Below the pieces are notes generated by a model. The model was not told where the DNA came from and did no database searches. It saw only the letters and a list, made by a program, of their open reading frames with translations. Positions 54,960 to 64,000 of a stretch of DNA of 64,000 nucleotides are shown here, piece by piece; within the stretch, counting starts at the first letter, position 1, and the number at the start of each line of letters is the position of its first letter. The stretch covers positions 346,952,001 through 347,016,000 of the forward strand of contig OZ024740.1 in the NCBI GenBank assembly GCA_964016885.1, written 5' to 3'. The translations under genes were made by a program, and so were the position numbers. Source of the DNA: Eledone cirrhosa (Eukaryota).

Positions 54960-55385
54960 ATATGAATGTATATATAATGTATTTTGCAATACACTGTATG
55001 CTTAATTAAAAGCATTTCGAAGACCTTACGCTATTGTTTTAGAGTAGTGACAGTCTCACTTACTTTAAATCTTCGAAATGCTTTTAATTAAGCATACAGT
55101 GTATTGCAAAATACACTATATATACATTCATATATATATACATTCATGATTTTCATCAAACAGGTGGAGTACTTGGCTTTGATAAGTACCAATCAGTACG
55201 AAACAAAGCTCTGTCAGCTTTATCTCCCCTGTTTACTGAACATTTAAAGTAAGTGAGACTGTCACTACTCTAAAACAATAGCGTAAGGTCTTCGAAAAGC
55301 TTTTAATTAAGCATACAGTGTATTGCAAAATACACTATATATACATTCATATATATATCGCGATTTCAGAGCACCAATTCTAATA
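54960..55385. mobile_element. HHR repeat family C, second locus (inverted plus tandem pieces)
   Basis: 54960-55070 is the reverse complement of about 55243-55350; 55070-55130 duplicates 55290-55350. Confidence 0.8.
55175..55219 (+). ncRNA. Type I hammerhead ribozyme with UUGAUAA core (U3-A8), family C
   Basis: ggct-TTGATAA-gtac-caatca-gtac-GAAA-caaagctctg-TC-agct; predicted GUC cut after 55215. Confidence 0.7.
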
Positions 55386-55684
55386 TATATATATATAAGA
55401 TAATTAGTTTGTTTTTTTTATGAAAAAAAACGAGATGTCCTACATGAGCCAAAGTGGAAAATGCAACTGTCCTACATGAGCCAACAGGAAAATTCAAGTG
55501 GAGTCTTTTTAAGAATATTTATTTGTTTCCTTTACCGGTTTCACAGTTCTTATGCTTTTCAAAAGTAGAATTGAGATGGAGGGTTTGTGGTTTTTCTCGC
55601 ATCTGGTCAGTTTTCGAATGTTACTTCTGTTTTATGTGGAAATTAGTGGCTCGAAATGTTAGGTTTTTTAGAAAGATAATTTGA

Positions 55685-55796
<112 letters not shown>

Positions 55797-56180
55797 GTGT
55801 GTGTATGTGTGTGCGTGTGTGTGTGGGGGGGGGTGTATGTGTGTGTGTGTATACATATATATGTTTATATATATAGTGGTAGAGCACTGGATGTTTATAC
55901 ACGTAGTAATTAGAGCACTCAGTTCACAAGGCGAGTTTGGTATCAAGTTAATTCCACAACATATTAGCAAACCATCTTCGAGGACGTGTTTCACCCTGTG
56001 TATATAGATAGTTGTATATATATGTATATCTATCTACCCATCTATCTATCACTCTCTTTCTTTCTCTCCCTCTCTCACACTATATATATATATATATACA
56101 GTCATACATATGTGCACTCTAAAACACTCAAACACACAAACAGACACACACACACGCATAATGTTATATATATATATGTG

Positions 56181-56241
<61 letters not shown>

Positions 56242-56357
56242 TCATACATATGTGAAACCTAACATACTCACACTCACAAACACACATACACACACATATA
56301 TATGCATACATATTTATATTCATTTATATGCATATTCATATATTGATATATATGTAC

Positions 56358-56400
<43 letters not shown>

Positions 56401-57080
56401 CATGAAATACGGTTCTATACAAAACAGGGGTTAAAGAGAAAACGTGGAATTGGAAATAGCACGGAAAATATATTTCAGGATCTGTTTTTCCTTTTTTCTT
56501 CTTTGACTCGTCAAAATGACATTATTGAAAAAAGAGTGGCAGAATTCTTTTAAAAAAAGCAGATTTATGTATATAAATACGTAAAATATAAACGGTTTCG
56601 ATGTATCAATGTAAATCATCTTATCAAATGTTGAATATTACAATTAAAACAATGAAAAAGATTTTGAAAATTAAAAATTAAAAATTAAAAATTAAAAATT
56701 AAGTGTTGAAATGGCCTGTTCATCTTTCTTGTTGGGTCTAAAATGGAACCTTATATATATAGTGAGAGAGGTAGTCATCTTTTCACAGAACAAATTTATT
56801 TTTAGGAATAGTCTTAGTTGTGTCAAAGGATTGGTTAGGAATAAAGATGAGGGTGGCGTATGGGGGAAATGTAAGCTAGAGACAATTGCCTTAGGAGAGA
56901 GAGATAAATAAGAGAGGCAAATGGGATTATGAAAAGAAATTCTATTTTAGGTATATAGATTTAGAGAGTGTGAGTGTATATGAGTGAGGGTATATATAAA
57001 CATATATGTGCGTGTGCGTGTCTTAATGTAAGTGTAATGGGATCAAAAGTTATAGAAATATTTTTTGGTACACATGTATG

Positions 57081-57116
<36 letters not shown>

Positions 57117-57130
57117 TCTTTTTGTAGTGT

Positions 57131-57248
<118 letters not shown>

Positions 57249-58108
57249 CTTTAGTTTGTCACAGATCTTTTTTGTGGTGGAAAATTAAAAAAGAAAACAG
57301 ACCAAATTATCAGTAATGGCTTTCAATCAGTAATTATTGGAAAATATGTGTATGAACAATTTCGTGGTGTATGTCTGTATGTGTGTGTGTGAGAGAGAGA
57401 CAGAGAGAGAGAGAGAGGGAGATAGGGAGTGAGAGAGAGCGTCTGTGTATATATATGTGTGCATATACAGACACACATATATATACATATATATTTATAT
57501 ATACAAACACACACCCACACACACGCCCCCCACACACGCATGTATGTGTGCAAATGTATCCATCTGCCTATATATGTGCATATCCTTAGTTAATAGGTCC
57601 TTATGAATAATCTATATATTCATAATTATATATGTATATTCATATGTATATACATATATATACACACATATATGCTCACACGTATATAATGTTAAGCTAC
57701 AAAATATCGACCTTTAAATATTACTTCGTGACTTCATTCAGATCTATAAACAATTCTCCATCTGGATGGTGGTGTCTCATGTGACATTTCAATCTGACCA
57801 GTGACAGCTTGTGCTAGAACGGCCATCACACAACAGTCACCATAGTGTAGAGCTCCAGTTAGAGACATCCAGTAGTATCCTCTATCTGTCCCCGTCACTG
57901 TCACCCCATCGACTACAGACCCCTCCTGTAAAAGACTGGCGGAAATGTGAGAAAGTGAACTAATGCTGAACTATCCACACAAAGTTTTGTCTGAAGTGAT
58001 GAAGGCTTGTGTAGGACCATCAACACTTTTTGAAACTGACGACACATATCTTCGGAGCAAATGTTTGCCACGGAAAATACAACGACAGCCCTCAGTTTTA
58101 AAATATAA

Positions 58109-58460
58109 TAATTGTTTCTACTTTTGGCACAAGGCCAGCAATTATCCCAGAGCATTACTGGTACTTTATTTTATCGACCCCGTAAGGATGAAAGGCAAAG
58201 TTAACCTCGGCGGGATTTGAACTCAGAACGTAAATGTTCATAACTCTATGCTGTAAAGCGTGGTGTCTGACGCTCTACCGATACTGCCAATTCACCGCCC
58301 TTTTTAAATATAATAATTGTTTCTACTTTTGGCACAAGGCCAGCAATTATATCAGAGCATTACTGGTACTTTATTTTATCGACCCCGTAAGGATGAAAGG
58401 CAAAGTTAACCTCGGAGGGATTTGAACTCAGATCATAAAGGGACGTAACTATGCTGGAAA
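58109..58460 (-). mobile_element. Two tandem SINE S1 copies (58109-58300 full length; 58313-58460 5'-truncated)
   Basis: Both start with aaatataataattgtttctacttttggcac; the duplicated flank acts as a TSD. Confidence 0.88.
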
Positions 58461-58810
58461 ATAATTACTATTTGGATAGCCGTTGACTCTGCTGAGTTCC
58501 TCCGCCCTTTGCCGGGTCTTGTATTTCATCCCTCAGGGTGTCTCAATATCATCCTCATCACCAAGCTAGCTTTGTGGGGTTGCCGGTTTAGTCGTCGACG
58601 ACTCGACCATGAAGCAGGTTGTACTGAGTTACCTGTAGCACTCGAGAGCGAAATGACCATATATGTATGGATATATTAGTGTGTGTGTATGGGGTGGTCT
58701 GTGTTTATGTGTGTATGAATGTGTGCGTGTTTGTGCGTATATATATATATATGTATTTCCTAAATTTCATTTTTTCATCTTTTCATATAAATATATGTTT
58801 ATATATATAT

Positions 58811-58841
<31 letters not shown>

Positions 58842-59455
58842 TACCCACAAACACATTCACATGTATATGCCTATATCCATACATACATAAAAACATACAT
58901 ACATACATACATACATACATACATACATACATACATACATACATACATACATACATACATACATACATACATGCATACATACATACATACGTTATGATCT
59001 ATGTTATTGTAAATGTTTCGCCAGAATGTGAGTATGGGTGTGTATATATATGTGTAATACCATTGCCTGAATTGTACTATACTGAGAGTATATTGTCAGA
59101 ACAACCGGAGAATCTGATTAAAGCCCCGGTGTTACGTTGCCCTTCTTTGTGATTTGACACTTACCGATGTCAAATTTGCTCTGTTTTCTTTTTGATGAAT
59201 TCAATAAAGTACCAGTGGAGGTGTGGTTGACGATTAATTTATGTTATCTAATCCTGCTTTAAGCTTTCTGATTTCATATCCAACATTCTTTCGACAAATT
59301 ATTTAAGTATTTCAAAATATAATCAAAAATCTGTATACGATTTGACTGTCACATTATGTTTCCCCTTCAATTGTACAATCTAACCACACATTATTTATAA
59401 GCAAACGGAAAGACACTTTGATCATAAATGTTGAAATAACTGCATCATTTCATCG

Positions 59456-59665
59456 TATTGGCAGTATAGTTAGAGGGTCGGACGCCATGCTTTGCAGCAT
59501 AGAGTTATGGCCCTTTATGATCTGAGTCCAAATTCCCGCCGAGGTTAACTTTGCCTGTCATCCTTACAGGGTCGATAAAATAAAGTACCAATCACGCACA
59601 GGGTCGATTCAATCGACTTTCCCCTCCCCCAAAATTGCCGGCCTTGAGCCTATATAAGAAACCAT
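59456..59665 (+). mobile_element. SINE S1, long-tail subfamily
   Basis: ttggcagtat...gagggtcggacgccatgc...gtcgataaaataaagtacc...gccttgagcctatataagaaacc. Confidence 0.85.
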
Positions 59666-60730
59666 TGTATACTTGCTTTCGCATTAAATATAGCATACAG
59701 CTATAAATATGTTGTAATTGGTCACAGCATAGCCAAATAGTTAACAAAATGGTTTGCTATTATTAGTTCCTATGTTCGATCCCAAAGCGTGGTATTTTAA
59801 GTTTCGTTAACCATAACCTCGACCCATGTGTTTCGTTGTTTGTAGAGTGTGCCCTCCTGTCAATAAAAAGAAGTATCTCGTAGTCATTTTTATGCAATAG
59901 TTCCAGTAATTCGACCTGGTGTTTATAGGGAATCCTTGTTTCCAGGGTATTTTTTGTGCCCTCGGTCTCATTTCTCTCAGCAACGAATTCGAATCTTTTC
60001 AATATCAATTTTGTCTTTCATTATTCAGCCGTCAAATACAAAACACAATATTTACTAATCGCTGAACTGGGTTATAGATATGATTTTTTTATATCTACAT
60101 ATGCATGCCCTGTTTTAGGAAAGTACGTTATACACGAGTTAATTCCAAGTCTAGAAAACTATTAGAAGAATATTACAATTTCGACTCGCCTCTCGTTTTA
60201 TATCCATGTAGCGTGATTCTGCCGTTAATAAACTTCGCTTGAATGAAATGAATATACACATATTAACACACTTACATAGAAGCACAAAATATAATTAAAC
60301 ACACACATACACACAATTTCACACATAAACACACAGTCACACACGATTTCACACACACTCAAACACACACACACATAATCGCACACAAATTCTCACATAC
60401 CCAAACACACACAAACACATACATATATTTATTTACTAGCACAATACCCGTACACTATCATAACACCACCAGCAACACCACTTATTCTACCATCTCTCAT
60501 GTAACTATTTATCAGCCACCACCCTAAATGTATCAAGAGCTGTTAATAGAAGTTTTCTGATTGGTCAGCTGTAAAATCTCAGGTCAAAGTAGGTCAAAGC
60601 ATTACCATCTGTCATTACTATCTGTTCCCACTTCTGCCTGCTAGAGAAGTTAGGAAGAGAGATGAAGTAAGGAAATGATGGCTTACAAACAATCATCCAG
60701 TTTGATTATCATCATCATCACTATCATCAT

Positions 60731-60818
60731 TTTCTTCTTCTTCTTCTTCTTCTTCTTCTTCTTCTTCTTCTTCTTCTTCTTCTTCTTCTTCTTCTTCTTC
60801 TTCTTCTTCTTCTTCTTC
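60731..60818. repeat. (TTC)n microsatellite; one of dozens of (TA)n, (CA)n, (GA)n and (CATA)n tracts in the window
   Basis: Direct reading. Confidence 0.95.
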
Positions 60819-60823
60819 ACAAA

Positions 60824-60857
<34 letters not shown>

Positions 60858-60876
60858 ATATATATATATATATATA

Positions 60877-61110
60877 TTGTTATACTTGGGGAGGGTCATA
60901 TTGTTGTAATAATATTGCCGGAAATAATAACAGAACCCACTAACTGTTTGGTTGGTTTTTGCTTTTATATCTTTTATATCTCCATAGTTAATTTATTTGA
61001 CAATCAATGTTTATCATTGATTGACCAGCGGTTAAAAATACACATATAAATATACATACATAGTCTATCAAAGTTCTTTCGTTGCGCATCTGCAACATCA
61101 TCAAAAATTT
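60877..61110 (-). mobile_element. Solo pseudo-LTR related to the 3' end of the Naiad-like PLE (28171-28420), with degenerate HHR
   Basis: Collinear from ttgttatacttgggg..agggtcata. Minus strand reads TTGATGA-t-gttgc...gcaac-GAAA here and CTGACGA-t-gttgca...tgcaac in the 28.4-kb copy. Confidence 0.7.
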
Positions 61111-61361
61111 GCAAACCTTGCAAAATAAGTTCATATATATATATATATATATATGTAGCACCACACGAAATGATCGTTCGAACGTGAGCCCTTTTTGCTA
61201 TCAGTCTGGAACTAGCTGTTAAATTGGCAAGCGAACAGCCGTCTGACCCCGACTCAAGTATAACAATATATATATATATATATATATACACAGACACACA
61301 CATATACACACACACATACACTCACACACACGCAAACACATACACACCCACGCACGCGCAA

Positions 61362-61449
<88 letters not shown>

Positions 61450-61495
61450 AGAAAGAGCGAAGTAGTTTCAGATATTAAAGTCCTTTAATGATAAT

Positions 61496-61570
61496 GCTGT
61501 GATACATATTTCAATGACGACAGTGGCCACACGGTTCGGTGCGCCAAGTGCCGTGACATCATCAGACAGC
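61496..61570 (-). ncRNA. Type I hammerhead ribozyme (family I), downstream of a possible PLE GIY-YIG tail
   Basis: Minus strand reads gctgt-CTGATGA-[long bulged stem II acggca/tgtcgt, tggc/gcca]-GAAA-tatgta-TC-acagc. Upstream 61670-61730 reads VNSLRT...PEGVNWD across a frameshift (cf. LxTxxPxGLN). Confidence 0.68.
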
Positions 61571-61737
61571 TTGTTACATAGTAAGGTTATGTTTCCGAGG
61601 CAATCCAAATTGAATCGACATGGGAACGGACAAAGCGTGTGCTCTTGAGTTCTTCGCCCGTTCCTCTGTGAATCCCAATTCACCCCCTCTGGTCTGCGAA
61701 GGCGCAAGTCCGAAGAGAGTTGACCATCATACCATAA

Positions 61738-61823
<86 letters not shown>

Positions 61824-62294
61824 GAAACTATATAGAATATGTCTTTATAAAATAAACGTATGGTAAACTCGTTTTCAAAGAAAAGTTTTTTCTTTGTAAG
61901 AAAAATTATTTTCTCTATGCTGTTATGTTAATTCGTTATAGAATGTCTGTTCTGCCGAGAAGGCCTGCAAGCGATATATCAAGAAGCGTTAATATTTCAT
62001 GAGAGACCTTCACACAACCAGTACGAACATGGAAATAGACTCGAAACTGTATAGAATGTGCTTGTGATGGTCATTTCTATATAGCAAAGAGAAAACGGCG
62101 GTTTAAATGGTAATTTTCATGTAGAGGAAAATTGCCTGGTTGAAATTAATTGCCAGTAGTCCTAAAAGAGAGTTTAACTATAATTGCGGTGTACATGAAT
62201 GTATGCAGTACATGAATGTATGCAGTACATGATTATATACAATAAACCTATGTATACATGTGTGTGTGTGTGTATGTCTGTGTGTGTGCGGGGG

Positions 62295-62365
<71 letters not shown>

Positions 62366-62959
62366 AAATTATATAGGTTGTATGCCATTTCATTTGCTCC
62401 TTTTTGTATAATAACTCTGGTGAGGGTTCTCAAGTTTAATTTAGAATTATAGCTTTTAGCACCTATTCACTTGTGTTTTGTGATGGCCATTTTTATTGTA
62501 AGCACTAAAAGGCAATTTTGCCTCTCGGCAGAACTTTTATGATGCCACAACTAAAGGTAAAGTCTCATGCATTTTCACTTGCCAAATATGTTTCATTATC
62601 ACTAGAGAAAGAATGAAAATGTTAGATTGCCTCTGGTAAACGCATACTGCAAGGATTTCTATCAGATTTATACAAAATATGAGACGACCAGACCAAGGAT
62701 TTACAGATACATTCAATACACCATGTTTTAACGCATCTCAATCTATCCAGATTTTGAACAAATTGGTTGCATTCTCCCTGGTTTCTGATTGCAAAATGTC
62801 ACACAACATGATCTAACCAAGGATATTATTATGAATCCAAATTCTTAAACATTTAGCAAATATTCCAAACATATATATATATATATAGCTATACTTTGAA
62901 TAAAATATATACACTTTGATATTTTTCCTTATCAGATGTGATCGGTTGGTCCCTAACAG

Positions 62960-63630
62960 TTATGAGAGATTATGACTATTCTCGGCGTATAGCCATATAC
63001 GATTCAGGACACTGCAGAAGACGGAATATATGGCTTATAACCAGAAACATGGAAATTACGTGAAAGCAGTTGAGTATTTTAGGTATCTTCGTTCATGGAT
63101 CAACACCTCAGAAAAAGACATGAGTACTAGAGTTAAGTTAGCATGGACAGTTGCAAACAAAATGGATGAAATTCGGTAATCAAATTTCAAAACCAAAATA
63201 AAGGCTATGTTTTCTGATCAACAGTTGAAAGTGTGTTTGTGTATGGATCGGAGTGCTGGACACTCACAAAAGAGGCAGAAAGACGGTTAGATGGCACATA
63301 TACAAAAGTGCTGTGAAATTGTAAAATGAAACTTGCACGGAACAAGCGGTTCTTTACACGGTAACCTGAGACCGATTACTGGCAGCATAAATGCTAGAAG
63401 ACTCAGTCTCATAGGTCACGTATGGCGAAGATATCAAGCAGAGGCATTAACCCTGTTACTGCTATGAGAACCCACACAGGGTAGAAGAACAAGAAGTCGG
63501 TTTCATTCTACGTTTCCGGAATGATTTTGTAAACCCACGATACAACAGAATGAACTCGAGTATGACATGGTAGATAGGGAAAGTGGAGAAGTATAATCAT
63601 CAGTGTTATCCTAGGAAACTCGACATGGTG
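62960..63630 (+). mobile_element. RTE-like LINE 3' fragment
   Basis: VKAVEYFRYL.SWI.TSEKDMSTRVKLAW, TVESVFVYGSECWTLTK..ERRLDGTYT, RRLSLIGHVWR, EPTQGRR. Confidence 0.82.
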
Positions 63631-63736
63631 ATGAGGATACATAAGTAAATACATACACATAGTTGCATATGTGTGTGAATATGAATATATATGAGTAAGG
63701 TTTTAAATATATCTGATCATATATTAAATATATCTG

Positions 63737-63813
<77 letters not shown>

Positions 63814-64000
63814 ATATATTACTCTTTTACTCTTTTACCTGTTTCAGCCATCCGGCTGAAACAGGTAAAAGTATATATATATATTCTGAACTCAATTTAT
63901 GGTGTGTTACAATTGTTTCGCCGGCGGACATCTCAAGACGCGATCATTGTGTGGATCTGTTTGATTCTTGACCCGCAGGTTTGACGGACACGTCTAACGA

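Overview
AT-rich, microsatellite-saturated eukaryotic DNA with no intact host protein-coding gene. The (TA)n/(CA)n density and the dominant tRNA-derived SINE suggest an octopus (cephalopod) genome, which is an inference. Almost all listed ORFs are microsatellite translations. The real content is transposon debris: R4/Dong-like, RTE-clade and CR1-clade LINE fragments, two Helitron 3' ends, about 10 SINE copies and a decayed Penelope-like element (PLE; RT + GIY-YIG, Naiad-like). The most striking feature, read by eye from the sequence, is a dense set of type I hammerhead ribozyme (HHR) motifs. At least 14 complete or near-complete copies plus several half or degenerate copies fall into about 9 repeat families, mostly between 27.5 and 46 kb. 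They lie in non-coding tandem units (about 558 bp and 455 bp, retrozyme-like) and in fold-back or inverted structures whose turning points repeatedly fall inside the ribozyme. Several have non-canonical catalytic cores (U4C; compensatory U3-A8). None of the HHRs has been tested for activity; folds were assigned manually.
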